Of a DNA stretch of 64,000 nt, positions 1 through 9,419 are shown one piece after another. Position 1 is the first letter of the stretch. Every line of letters starts with the position of its first letter. Source of the stretch: a virus; the IMG/VR virus record IMGVR_UViG_3300050343_000270, positions 50,402 to 114,401 of that record; one strand, 5' to 3'. The notes below the pieces were generated by a model. That model worked only from the letters and a program-made list of their open reading frames with translations, searched no databases and had not been told where the DNA came from. The position numbers and the translations under genes are program-made.

Positions 1-252
1 AGGACTCTAAACAGAGACATCTTCAAAGAGAACCTTTCTGGTATGTCTGTTGCTGAAATGACAACTCTAGCTTCTCGCGTTGGCATCCAACCATCTGGTG
101 GAAGAAACCAACTAAAAGGCGCGTTAATTAAGTCTTTTGATTTTTACGCACAAAAACATGATGTTACAGTAGGCACTCCCGCTAGACCAATCGAGCTAGA
201 TAAAAACGATCCAAATTACAAAGAAAGTGTAAGATTATTCAAAGACATTTGA
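1..252 (+). CDS. Hypothetical phage protein, 5'-truncated
   Basis: Frame 1 is open from base 1 (RTLNRDIFKENLSGMSVAEM...) to TGA at 250-252; tightly packed with the next gene. Confidence 0.6.
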   Translation, partial: RTLNRDIFKENLSGMSVAEMTTLASRVGIQPSGGRNQLKGALIKSFDFYAQKHDVTVGTPARPIELDKNDPNYKESVRLFKDI

Positions 253-259
253 ATAACAC

Positions 260-787
260 ATGAACGACTTCGGAAATCTAGCCACACAAATCGTCACATA
301 CGACTTCCCTGACGATACTGGGACTTATCCCACCTCATACGTTTCAGGCTGGTTAGACGCCAATTTGGGCGAATTAAACCTACTTACAAACGAAGAGTTC
401 TCCGCAAATGATACAGGTGCTATTGTTTTAGGATCTGGCGACTCTGCCAGTCACGGGTTAACGTCTCAAGAATTAGAGATATTCAAAACTCTTTATGAGG
501 TTCACTATTATGAGAAAGCCGCAAGAGATTCTTTGAGGTCTGCGACTTATGGAACATCAGCAGATTGGATCACACTGAAAGAAGGTGATACCACTATTCA
601 AAGGCAGAATAAAAATTCTGTAGCTAAAACCTTTAGGGATTTTTCGAGCGACTCAAGAGAAAAGCTTGGTCAGATTGTTTTCCAATACAACCGATACAGG
701 TCTGGACCAAGACAAGTTCATGGGGCTGATTCAATAAGTAGTCACGACGCTTTTGATTCTACGAGCGTGGCTAATATCCGAGATTAA
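260..787 (+). CDS. Putative head-tail adaptor/neck protein
   Basis: 175 aa; first of four small genes preceding the tail tube; positional call. Confidence 0.4.
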   Translation: MNDFGNLATQIVTYDFPDDTGTYPTSYVSGWLDANLGELNLLTNEEFSANDTGAIVLGSGDSASHGLTSQELEIFKTLYEVHYYEKAARDSLRSATYGTSADWITLKEGDTTIQRQNKNSVAKTFRDFSSDSREKLGQIVFQYNRYRSGPRQVHGADSISSHDAFDSTSVANIRD

Positions 788-789
788 TT

Positions 790-1230
790 ATGGCTTCTAT
801 ACTAAATGACACTGAAAAGGCTGAGATCCAGTCTTCCTTACAGGACGTTCGGGATACGTTCGCAAGAGATATTTATGTATATACAAAAACCCAACAACCT
901 GCATCTTGGTCGAATAATCCATTTTATGGAAATTCTGGCACGACATCATCTCTGTCAACCCAAGAGGAATTAACTAAATTCACTTACTCTGCAAATATTC
1001 TATACGAAAACGACCAAGACGAAAAATTGTTTGATGGTGGGGGTCAAGCGGGTCTGTCTTCTTCAGAAGGTAGAATAAGAATAAAAGTCAATGCAGAGGC
1101 AAACGAAAAGATTAAAATATGTGAGCGCATAGAGGTTGACGGCAATTTATTTGTTGTAGATAGCGACCCAAAAGCAATTGGACCGTTTAGCCCACAGGCT
1201 TATATGTGGTATCTAAAACGCGAAAACTAA
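790..1230 (+). CDS. Putative head closure (stopper) protein
   Basis: 146 aa, beta-rich C-terminus (RIEVDGNLFVVDSDP...MWYLKR) resembling head-closure proteins; position. Confidence 0.45.
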   Translation: MASILNDTEKAEIQSSLQDVRDTFARDIYVYTKTQQPASWSNNPFYGNSGTTSSLSTQEELTKFTYSANILYENDQDEKLFDGGGQAGLSSSEGRIRIKVNAEANEKIKICERIEVDGNLFVVDSDPKAIGPFSPQAYMWYLKREN

Positions 1231-1838
1231 TGCCTCGACAAAGTGTCAAAGTTTATATTGATCCCAAATTACTGAAAGATAGTTTATCTTCTGGTGGTAA
1301 CGGAGCGAGTGTTGCTAGGCTTATGTCAGCGTCCGCGCAAGATCACATAAAAACAAAACAAGATGACCTAGTTAAGAATTTGATGGAACATCCTGTTTCG
1401 AAGGAGATTTCTGATGGTTCGACAGCATCAAATATAAGCGGAACACTTGGTGGTTATGGAAACTTGTTTTCTTTTTTGGGGTTCGATAACGGAAGTGATC
1501 CTGTAGCAGTGATTGAGGGAATTTTATCCAAGAAATTAAGACATAAAGTCAAACCTCGTGGTAGAGGTAGTTTTTTAATTACGGTTTTCATACCAGAAGC
1601 TAAAGAGATTTTTGCAGATACGCCCATGCCTTGGGCTTCTGGATTAAGTTGGGCGGAGGGAGTAGAAAAGGGGGTAAGTAATGCGGCGGCATATTTATTC
1701 AACCCCAAAGGTTTCCCTGATTCTAAATCTGGAACTGGTTTACAGTCTCAAAATAAGGTTTCAGGTGTAAGTTTCAAGAGAACTCCGTATATCACTAATT
1801 TGATACAGCAGTTTAAAAAAGACCTACTAAAATCTTGA
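1230..1838 (+). CDS. Putative neck/tail completion protein
   Basis: Likely ATG at 1230 overlapping the upstream TAA; basic; position between stopper and terminator. Confidence 0.4.
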   Translation: MPRQSVKVYIDPKLLKDSLSSGGNGASVARLMSASAQDHIKTKQDDLVKNLMEHPVSKEISDGSTASNISGTLGGYGNLFSFLGFDNGSDPVAVIEGILSKKLRHKVKPRGRGSFLITVFIPEAKEIFADTPMPWASGLSWAEGVEKGVSNAAAYLFNPKGFPDSKSGTGLQSQNKVSGVSFKRTPYITNLIQQFKKDLLKS

Positions 1839-2713
1839 AAGCGCAATTCGATCATCAACTATTAATGAGTTTTTATCTTTGGTTTGAGAAACAACTTCTC
1901 AGCCAAAATATAGAAGCTTACCAAACTGGTATATCCAATACTTTCAAATATGTTGATTTTAAGGATATTCCAGATAGCTTTGTGGGTTATCAGGGGCAAT
2001 TCAGACAGCTTGTGGCAGAACAAGAAATAACCAATCCCAACTCTGGTTTTTTTGTTGGCGGGTCATTTGTAACAGGTGACTCTAGTGAAAATGGAGGTGT
2101 GCATACAGACTACAATAATGGTAGGATTCTTTTCCCATCTGCATCTGGACAAAATTTAACGGTGACAGCCGATTCTGCGGTCAAAGAGATAAATACTTAT
2201 ACGAGCAACGACGATGATTTATCTATTCTTATCCATTCCGACTTTGTGGAAGAGGGACAAGGCTCTCAATACATGTATAACCAAAGCTCCAAGCTTGATG
2301 AGAAGTCTTACTTTTTGCCCGCTTGTATTATTACATTGGTGGACTCCAGTAATGAGGAGTTCGCTTTCGGCGGAGAAGAAGACACGAAAAGTAGGATTCG
2401 AGTTATCTTGTTGTCCAAGAATGAATTTATCATGGACGGCGTAGCTTCCAGATGTAGGGATATGGTTAGAAATAACATAACTCACATCCCTTACAGTGAA
2501 TTACCATATGGTCAGTCATTTAGTTTAAAGAACTACCCTTATCAGTATGATGAACTAAAATCTTCTCAGGGCGATAATGCCCTTGTCTCCCATGTAAACA
2601 AAGTGTCTGTCACTACTGCGGTGTCAGAAACGGTCAGAGAAAGGCTCAATAAGAATGTTGGTGTTTCCTTTATAGACTTTGATTTGTCTACATATAGATT
2701 CCCAAGAGTATAA
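1835..2713 (+). CDS. Putative tail terminator protein
   Basis: TTG start overlapping the upstream stop; LPACIIT...FAFGGEEDT segment; directly precedes the tube gene. Confidence 0.4.
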   Translation: MKAQFDHQLLMSFYLWFEKQLLSQNIEAYQTGISNTFKYVDFKDIPDSFVGYQGQFRQLVAEQEITNPNSGFFVGGSFVTGDSSENGGVHTDYNNGRILFPSASGQNLTVTADSAVKEINTYTSNDDDLSILIHSDFVEEGQGSQYMYNQSSKLDEKSYFLPACIITLVDSSNEEFAFGGEEDTKSRIRVILLSKNEFIMDGVASRCRDMVRNNITHIPYSELPYGQSFSLKNYPYQYDELKSSQGDNALVSHVNKVSVTTAVSETVRERLNKNVGVSFIDFDLSTYRFPRV

Positions 2714-2746
2714 TTGGGTGTAAGTTTTAAAAACATTTATCTACTT

Positions 2747-3919
2747 ATGTCATCAAGAACTCGCGTAATTTCACAAAACAAGTCCGTCTATGTATCTGAT
2801 ACTGGATGGTATATAGATGCCGACGAAAACATGATCGAGCCGCATCAGCTACATCGTGTTGATACCTTCTCCTTTGAAGTTGATTTAGCTGGCGCCCGCG
2901 AAGATATTCGCGAATTTGGTCAACTTGCTAGAATCGGCACTTTAACAATGAGGGAAATCAACCCAACAGTGTCATTTGGCTATTACCTCGGTAACGGCGA
3001 AAATGAACTTGCAATAGGACTAACTTCTTCAGAAGATTTCAATGCACAAATGATCAGTGGTATTTTAACTGAAGATGTTGCTAGTCGCGAGAAGAACATT
3101 TACACCGTTATTGTTAAAGAAGGCGAAGACGCTTTCAACTCATCTGCTTATCAATCGCAAAGCGAAAACCATGATGTTATTGGTTTCGGAAACTCTGTCT
3201 TAACAAGTTACAGCAGTAACTTCGCTGTTGGAGAAATCCCTAGGGTAGATGTTGAGTGGGAAGCCTCAAATGTGATTTTCTACACAGGTGGTCACTCTGG
3301 CTTCAAGAACCCATCAATTGATAAAGAGGGCGCTCGTGCTGATGAAGGTGTTTTCAATCTTCCTGCACCAAGCACTGGAAACATGAACGTTTTAGTTCTT
3401 CGTCCCGACGACATCACTGTTAGCTTTGCTAATGACGACATTACCGCTGGAAATCTCGGTGGAACAAACTTTAGTGACATGTGTATCCAAAGCTGTTCTG
3501 TTGAAGTTCCATTAAGTCGTGGTAATATTGAATGTCTTGGCGAAGAAAGAGCGGTTGCAAAACCACTTGAGTTCCCAATCGATGTTACTGTCAGCATTAA
3601 CGCTATTGTCAAAAACTTCAAAGAAGGCGCTCTTGAGTATGTTCTCACAGGAACTGCTGGAGACAATAACACCGACATCAGTGTTGATATTAAGAATGAC
3701 GCTCTCGATGGAGTTCACAAGTTCACCCTTAAGAATGCTGTTCTCGACAACCAAAGCTTTAGCCAAGGTCTAGACGACAACGAAACTGTTGACTTGACTT
3801 TCTCTGCTCAAATTGGTGGAGCTAGCACAACCACAGATGGATTATTCTGGAGTGGTGCGGGAACTTACACTTCAGCAGTCCCAACCAGCGGTGACGCGGT
3901 AGCGGCTCAACCAATCTAA
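2747..3919 (+). CDS. Major tail tube protein
   Basis: ATG 2747 (MSSRTRVISQ); acidic and beta-rich with tube-like motifs (REDIREFGQL, SRGNIECLGE); preceded by GTGTAA and followed by a strong terminator. Confidence 0.7.
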   Translation: MSSRTRVISQNKSVYVSDTGWYIDADENMIEPHQLHRVDTFSFEVDLAGAREDIREFGQLARIGTLTMREINPTVSFGYYLGNGENELAIGLTSSEDFNAQMISGILTEDVASREKNIYTVIVKEGEDAFNSSAYQSQSENHDVIGFGNSVLTSYSSNFAVGEIPRVDVEWEASNVIFYTGGHSGFKNPSIDKEGARADEGVFNLPAPSTGNMNVLVLRPDDITVSFANDDITAGNLGGTNFSDMCIQSCSVEVPLSRGNIECLGEERAVAKPLEFPIDVTVSINAIVKNFKEGALEYVLTGTAGDNNTDISVDIKNDALDGVHKFTLKNAVLDNQSFSQGLDDNETVDLTFSAQIGGASTTTDGLFWSGAGTYTSAVPTSGDAVAAQPI

Positions 3920-3944
3920 GCTAATTTATTATTAGTTGCTCAAT

Positions 3945-3977
3945 AGCGGCTCTGCCTTGTGGCAGGGTCGCTTTTTT
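3945..3977 (+). terminator. Rho-independent terminator after the tail tube gene
   Basis: AGCGGCTCTGCC-TTGT-GGCAGGGTCGCT followed by a T run. Confidence 0.8.
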
Positions 3978-3983
3978 GTGTAA
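3978..3983 (+). promoter_or_regulatory. GTGTAA motif (putative phage-sigma promoter)
   Basis: 8 nt upstream of ATG 3992, immediately after a terminator; one of nine similarly placed copies. Confidence 0.65.
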
Positions 3984-3991
3984 TATAAGAC

Positions 3992-4930
3992 ATGCCAGTG
4001 TTTCGTATAGATTCAAGTGACAAACAGGTTTTCATCAACAATACTAGGTTGATGGGCGTTCAGGCTTGTAATATAGAGACGGATAAGGATTTCGAAACTA
4101 TACGATCAATTGGAGATATCAATGTCACTGATAGGATTTTAAAATCAAATCAAACGACAAATCTATCGATTGACTTCATGCTTTGCGATACTAATCAAAA
4201 CGACCCATTTTTTGATTTTCAAACAAGCGGGATTCTTTCTGTTGAAGATTTCAATTACAACATTAAAGACTCTGTTCAGGAAACTGTCATTACTGGCGCA
4301 TACATGACCTCCTACAGCATTGAGGGTGCTGTTGGTGAGTTGGTCAAGGGAAGCGTGGCTTACGAGTGTGATGGCTTTGATTTCAATAATACAGGCATAT
4401 TAAGCGGAAACTATCAAAGTAGCGATTCTTACAGTGTGTATCAACCGCAGGATATTTCTATTTCCACGGATTTTAATGAAGGTGTGTCTACTTCTGGTTT
4501 GTGCATACAGAACTTTAGCTTAAATTTTGATATTAGTAGGAACGCTATAAACCAAATGGGCAGTCTTACGCCAAAAATGCGATACCCAGAGTTGCCAGCG
4601 GAAGGTGATTTGAGTTTCTCTGTTATTAAGAATAAAGTAACTGGAATTGATTTGTCTTCACTGGTTCTTGATAAAGGCTTGTTGAGTATAACGCTTAATG
4701 AATCCCAATCCAACCAAAGACAATACAATATAAACGACTGCTCTTTAATTTCTATATCAGAAGGGCATTCTTTAGACGACAATGCGACCTTAGATTTTAA
4801 ATATGTATTTAGTGTAAATAAGAGCGATGTATATGACACTGACCATTTTTATAGATCACCTGTTTACAGATCGACTTCTGGATTTACTTATCTACAACCT
4901 GACGGGTCCAGTTTTTATATACAACCTTAA
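3992..4930 (+). CDS. Tail-tube paralogue (baseplate tube-like protein)
   Basis: Collinear similarity to 2747-3919: MTSYSIEGAVGEL vs LTSYSSNFAVGEI; CIQNFSL vs CIQSCSV; SLDDNATLDF vs GLDDNETVDL. Confidence 0.65.
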   Translation: MPVFRIDSSDKQVFINNTRLMGVQACNIETDKDFETIRSIGDINVTDRILKSNQTTNLSIDFMLCDTNQNDPFFDFQTSGILSVEDFNYNIKDSVQETVITGAYMTSYSIEGAVGELVKGSVAYECDGFDFNNTGILSGNYQSSDSYSVYQPQDISISTDFNEGVSTSGLCIQNFSLNFDISRNAINQMGSLTPKMRYPELPAEGDLSFSVIKNKVTGIDLSSLVLDKGLLSITLNESQSNQRQYNINDCSLISISEGHSLDDNATLDFKYVFSVNKSDVYDTDHFYRSPVYRSTSGFTYLQPDGSSFYIQP

Positions 4931-4950
4931 TTCTAACACCACTAAAAATT

Positions 4951-6180
4951 ATGCCTGACGTAACTGTAACATCCGATATAGATACTTTTTTAAAGAGTTC
5001 AAATAATTCAACTGCCAGAACAAACCTTGGAGCAGAATCTGCACCCACCTCTATCGCCAACAAAGAAGCCGCCTATGCCCTGACAGGTGTGGCAGTCGGC
5101 ACCGTTTATAAGACCGAGGACACGGGGCAGGTGATGGAGTATCGAGGGGGAGGGGAATCTTTGCCTACCAGTTGGCAATTTAACGTCACTGTAGACGGGG
5201 GCAGTAAAAACGCGAAACTCTCCGACATACCAGCAGGGAACCCAGCAGGTATCGTCAGAATGGTCAGCACAAAGACCAGCAACTTATCCGTCACGGTAAA
5301 ACATGATGGCACGGAGTCGGCTACGGGCATCTGTTACTCAGTGGACGGAGGCGCACCTGTCTATGGAGCCATTGCGGCAGATACCAGCCTTAATCTATCC
5401 ATCCCACACAATGGCGGCGCCCCCACGGAAATTTACATTTGGAGTGCTACCAGTGCCTCTAGCGGCAAGAAAGGGGAGTTGACCTATCTGTCTTGCTCCA
5501 ACATCTCCTTGACCTCACTTGATGTTTCGGGCTTGACGGCATTGACCCTTCTGTATTGCCACAACAACTCCTTGACCTCACTTGATGTTTCGGGTTTGAC
5601 GGCATTGACCACTCTGTATTGCCACGAAAACTCCTTGACCTCACTCGATGTTTCGGGCTTGACGGCATTGACCACTCTGTATTGCTACAACAACTCCTTG
5701 ACCTCACTCGATGTTTCGGGCTTGACGGCATTGACCCTTCTGTATTGCCACAACAACTCCTTGACCTCACTCGATGTTTCGGGCTTGACGGCATTGACCA
5801 CTCTGTATTGCTACAACAACTCCTTGACCTCACTCGATGTTTCGGGTTTGACGGCATTGACCTCTCTGTATTGCAACAACAACTCCTTGACCTCACTCGA
5901 TGTTTCGGGTTTGACGGCATTAACCTATCTGTTTTGCACCAACAACTCCTTGACCTCACTCCTAGCAACGGGCGTTGACCTTAGCTTTGAGTATTATGGA
6001 GTAGTAGGCTCCGACATCGGTGACAACGACCTGACCGAAGCGGCATTGATCGCGTTTGTAGATTCCCTCGCCACAACCGCAACGGGGCTTATCGCATACG
6101 GCGGCAACATAGGTTCCGCAGAGTTTGAAACATGGCTCGCAACGGGCGATGACAAGGGATACATCTGGTTAAATAGTTAA
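4951..6180 (+). CDS. Leucine-rich repeat protein, putative receptor-binding/fibre protein
   Basis: N-terminal ARTNLG fibre-type motif; ~7.5 LRRs LTSLDVSGLTALTxLYCxNNS; located in the tail module. Confidence 0.75.
   Translation: MPDVTVTSDIDTFLKSSNNSTARTNLGAESAPTSIANKEAAYALTGVAVGTVYKTEDTGQVMEYRGGGESLPTSWQFNVTVDGGSKNAKLSDIPAGNPAGIVRMVSTKTSNLSVTVKHDGTESATGICYSVDGGAPVYGAIAADTSLNLSIPHNGGAPTEIYIWSATSASSGKKGELTYLSCSNISLTSLDVSGLTALTLLYCHNNSLTSLDVSGLTALTTLYCHENSLTSLDVSGLTALTTLYCYNNSLTSLDVSGLTALTLLYCHNNSLTSLDVSGLTALTTLYCYNNSLTSLDVSGLTALTSLYCNNNSLTSLDVSGLTALTYLFCTNNSLTSLLATGVDLSFEYYGVVGSDIGDNDLTEAALIAFVDSLATTATGLIAYGGNIGSAEFETWLATGDDKGYIWLNS
5479..5961 (+). repeat. 63-bp tandem repeat (7 full units plus partial flanks) encoding LRRs
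   Basis: TCCTTGACCTCACT recurs at 5506, 5569, 5632, 5695, 5758, 5821, 5884 and 5947. Confidence 0.95.
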
Positions 6181-6181
6181 T

Positions 6182-6688
6182 ATGAAATGCGCTAATTACA
6201 ATAACACAGGTAAGCAGGTCGAACGTGACTTTGCAGCGTCACAGGCTGTAGAGTTTCGGGAGACGGGCAACGTCTTTGAGTTTGGAACCTACCATGGTTT
6301 CACCACTGCTTGCCTTGCCGAAGTTGCCGACCACGTATGGACTCTCGATCTACCTAACGGTGGTGAAGGTCTGCACCTTGAAATCCAACCGAACAAAGAC
6401 CTTGGGCATTTTTACAAGTTCCACAAGTTTGATAACATCACTCAACTCACGGAAGACTCCATGACGTTTGATCCGTCAGTCATTCCTCCATGTGATCTTG
6501 TGGTAGTCGATGCAAACCATGACTACGAACACACCAAGAACGACTGCGACAAAGCACTCTCCATGCTCCGCGCTGGTGGCTGTCTCCTTGTTCATGACGC
6601 ACATTATCCCTCAGTGGCTAAATACCTAGCCCAACACGATCACGAACTCATACCTAACACACGCTATGCAAAAATATTACACAACTAA
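6182..6688 (+). CDS. Class I SAM-dependent methyltransferase (Methyltransf_24-like)
   Basis: VFEFGTYHGFTT motif I; DLVVVDANHDY...LRAGGCLLVHD. Confidence 0.8.
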   Translation: MKCANYNNTGKQVERDFAASQAVEFRETGNVFEFGTYHGFTTACLAEVADHVWTLDLPNGGEGLHLEIQPNKDLGHFYKFHKFDNITQLTEDSMTFDPSVIPPCDLVVVDANHDYEHTKNDCDKALSMLRAGGCLLVHDAHYPSVAKYLAQHDHELIPNTRYAKILHN

Positions 6689-7154
6689 AGAAGACAAGGA
6701 CGGAGATTACGTCACCGTCAATCACACCCGCTACACAGTCACCGAGATTGATCCAGCACGGGTTCACATCCCAGCAGGACGTGAGGCTGACATTGATCTC
6801 TATGACTCTCAAGCGGAGTTTCTAGCCGCCATGGGACTATCGCCAGTTGAGGGTCATGTATTCCCCGAACCAGAACCATTTCCTGCGGTTGCACCAGTTG
6901 TGCCTGACGTAGTGGACATGTGGAAGCTAAAGGCTGTTTTAGACATTGTAGGTAAAACCGCCATGATCGAAACTGTCATCGCTGGCATTCCCGACGAAGA
7001 TACGCGAGTTGCAACACAGGCTGGATGGAAACATGCTTCTACTATTGAGCGTGGGCATTCATTAGTTCAGGCGATGATTGCAATCCCCTCTCTCGATATT
7101 GACGAAGAGGACATGGACGAATACTTTTTGGCAACTAAACAATACGATAAGTAA
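6666..7154 (+). CDS. Putative tail fibre assembly/associated protein
   Basis: VPDVV...W..ASTIERGHSLV...DMDEYFLA pattern typical of small proteins following phage fibres. Confidence 0.5.
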   Translation: MQKYYTTKEDKDGDYVTVNHTRYTVTEIDPARVHIPAGREADIDLYDSQAEFLAAMGLSPVEGHVFPEPEPFPAVAPVVPDVVDMWKLKAVLDIVGKTAMIETVIAGIPDEDTRVATQAGWKHASTIERGHSLVQAMIAIPSLDIDEEDMDEYFLATKQYDK

Positions 7155-7210
7155 TTATTGAGACAAAGAACCGTAAAAAAATAAAAACCATAAGAGCCGC
7201 TTATTTTACA

Positions 7211-7669
7211 ATGATTGTTTACAAAAAAATATCATCCTATACTCAATCTGAGATTGATCTAACATTTTCCTCAAGTAATACAGAGGAGGTTTTTACTGTT
7301 TGCGGCGGATTAGCGGAAACGGGCGTGGGTTCAACGGGTCTTGTGACCACTGGGTTTTGTTTTTCTGGATACGATGGATATCTGTTTGATCAAAGTGGTA
7401 ATTTTTTTGGTGGGTATCAGCCGAATAAACCATTTAGCTTGCAGGTTCACTTAAAGACAGGCAATACACTATCTTATTTTCAAAACGGTCAATTGATTGC
7501 AAACAACCTACATGTAGACGAAAACGTTGAATATATAAAACTAGAAAAAGAAAACATGTCGTCCACCGCGACTGTTTACGGTCAACCTCACGAAAGATTC
7601 ACTCTTCCGTTTTTAATGCTTTCTGGAGGGGCGATTTCATTAAGTGGGGAATTGGTGGCTCAATCTTAA
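7211..7669 (+). CDS. Hypothetical virion protein
   Basis: 152 aa, Gly/Phe-rich beta character; tail module. Confidence 0.4.
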   Translation: MIVYKKISSYTQSEIDLTFSSSNTEEVFTVCGGLAETGVGSTGLVTTGFCFSGYDGYLFDQSGNFFGGYQPNKPFSLQVHLKTGNTLSYFQNGQLIANNLHVDENVEYIKLEKENMSSTATVYGQPHERFTLPFLMLSGGAISLSGELVAQS

Positions 7670-7712
7670 TTTTTTTTGTTTTTTTCCTTTTTTAAATATA
7701 TAATATGTAGAT

Positions 7713-8534
7713 ATGAAAGAACTTTATTCGTTTGAAATTAAAAGAGAAGTTGAGGTCGAAATACCTCATGTAAAAAAAGTAAAAGGTAAAACTGTAGATA
7801 CAACAAAAAAGGTTAAAAAAGACTTACCTTATCGTATCGTTTTCCAAAAACCAAGCAAGGCGGACATAGAAGACGCCGAGTTCTTTTACAGTCAAAAATT
7901 TAACGAGTTCATTAACCTTGGGTTTCTGACTCGCGCAATGCTAAACAAGAAGATGGGTGATAACGGAGGTGTGGCTTCCAAGGAATTTTCTGAAGACTTG
8001 CAACGTTTGCTCAAAGAAAATATGGACGCGAGCAGGATTGTTGAGTTTTATAATTCAGCCAAAGATCTAGACAAAGAACAACAGAAAAAATTAGAGGAAG
8101 CAAAGTCTGTAATCGCAATTACTCAAAAGGAGATTATGGACTATGAAACAGCCATAAGCGAACAATTTAACCATACGGCGGATGTTAAAGCGGAACATAA
8201 GCTTTATGAATTTTTTATCTTTAATTTTTCATTTTTTGAGGAAACCATCAAAGGTGAGAAAAAGTTTTTCCCCATTTTTGAGGGTGAAGGTTATGATGAG
8301 AAGCGTGAATTTTACTTGTATATTTCAGAAGATGCTGAAGACATCGATGAGGACACACTTAAGAACAAGGATATTTTTGAAGAATCTTTTGATAAGCTAG
8401 TTAAAGTAATTAACGTGTGGTATAGGGGTCTTGGCAAAAACCAGAAAGAAATTGACGAGATATTAAAAACTATTGACGACGCTATTGATATTGAAAAAGA
8501 AGACGATAGCGAAGAAACCGAAAAGGATGAATGA
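7713..8534 (+). CDS. Putative tail assembly chaperone
   Basis: Charged helical protein two genes upstream of the tape measure gene. Confidence 0.5.
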   Translation: MKELYSFEIKREVEVEIPHVKKVKGKTVDTTKKVKKDLPYRIVFQKPSKADIEDAEFFYSQKFNEFINLGFLTRAMLNKKMGDNGGVASKEFSEDLQRLLKENMDASRIVEFYNSAKDLDKEQQKKLEEAKSVIAITQKEIMDYETAISEQFNHTADVKAEHKLYEFFIFNFSFFEETIKGEKKFFPIFEGEGYDEKREFYLYISEDAEDIDEDTLKNKDIFEESFDKLVKVINVWYRGLGKNQKEIDEILKTIDDAIDIEKEDDSEETEKDE

Positions 8535-9400
8535 GCAAAAGCAAAATAAATGCGGCTCAAGTCTTACTTGAAGTTTCTAGAGGGTATAGCATCATTGATG
8601 TTAACGGCGAAGTTTTCTATTTCAAACATCCCAATAATATGGAGTCCTTGCAGAGCGAGGAACAGTATGAAATAATATATAACCGCGCCATTAAGAGGGG
8701 TATTTCTTCTGAGGAGAAACTTCTCAACAATTATATCAAAAGAGGCAAGTGGTCGTTAGAGAAGGAGGAGAAAATAAAGAGTTTGAAATGGATGATTGAT
8801 AAATCCACGACAGCCTCCTTAAAAATAACAGACGACCACCAGAGAAATGTGTTTTCTTCTGGCATCAAAAAACAAGAAGAGGAACTTAGCGAGTTGCAAG
8901 ATAAACGTCATGCGTTGATTGGTCAAAGCGCGGAATCGTGGGCTAGCCAACAGCGAATGTTTAAAATGGTAGAAGACCATGTCTTTTCTGATGCTAAATT
9001 CAAAAAGAATATAACCATTGGTGAAGATGTTTCATTTGTCGTAAATATACAAAAAAAGATATTAGAACTGTCTGAAAAGAGGTCTTTGCTCGCCGCAGTA
9101 TTCCAATCAGAGTTCTTTGATGTTTATTCGATTCAGTATAGAAACCCGATGACTATTTTTGGTGTTGATTTTTTCAATATCACAATATTCCAGAGGTATC
9201 TGTTCTCTTATGCATCTGTTTTGTTAAACAAGCTTAAAAACGTGGAGATGCCAGATGAAATAAGGAATGATCCTGTTAAAATATTTGATTATAACCCAGA
9301 TAATAAAAACAAGGAAACTAAGACTAGTCATGGTATAGATGACATAAAGCAAACTTTAAAAAACAAAGGAAAGCTCACTGCGGAAGACCTCATAAACTGA
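8531..9400 (+). CDS. Putative tail assembly chaperone 2
   Basis: ATGA overlap with the previous gene; immediately upstream of the tape measure gene. Confidence 0.5.
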   Translation: MSKSKINAAQVLLEVSRGYSIIDVNGEVFYFKHPNNMESLQSEEQYEIIYNRAIKRGISSEEKLLNNYIKRGKWSLEKEEKIKSLKWMIDKSTTASLKITDDHQRNVFSSGIKKQEEELSELQDKRHALIGQSAESWASQQRMFKMVEDHVFSDAKFKKNITIGEDVSFVVNIQKKILELSEKRSLLAAVFQSEFFDVYSIQYRNPMTIFGVDFFNITIFQRYLFSYASVLLNKLKNVEMPDEIRNDPVKIFDYNPDNKNKETKTSHGIDDIKQTLKNKGKLTAEDLIN

Positions 9401-9404
9401 TTTG

Positions 9405-9410
9405 GTGTAA
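9405..9410 (+). promoter_or_regulatory. GTGTAA motif upstream of the tape measure gene
   Basis: 9 nt before ATG 9420. Confidence 0.65.
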
Positions 9411-9419
9411 TATTTTGTA

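Noticed and set aside
5479-5961. CRISPR array or DGR variable region
   Set aside because: The units are in-frame 63-bp coding repeats with no unique spacers. No cas or RT gene is in the window, and silent-position adenines (TCA, GCA) are invariant, unlike DGR mutagenesis.
5459-5978. Alternative-frame repeat ORFs (169, 63 and 119 aa)
   Set aside because: Shadows of the stop-free LRR repeat
8520-8540. Lambda G/GT-type programmed frameshift between the tail chaperones
   Set aside because: The genes are joined by a plain ATGA overlap with their own start; no convincing slippery heptamer
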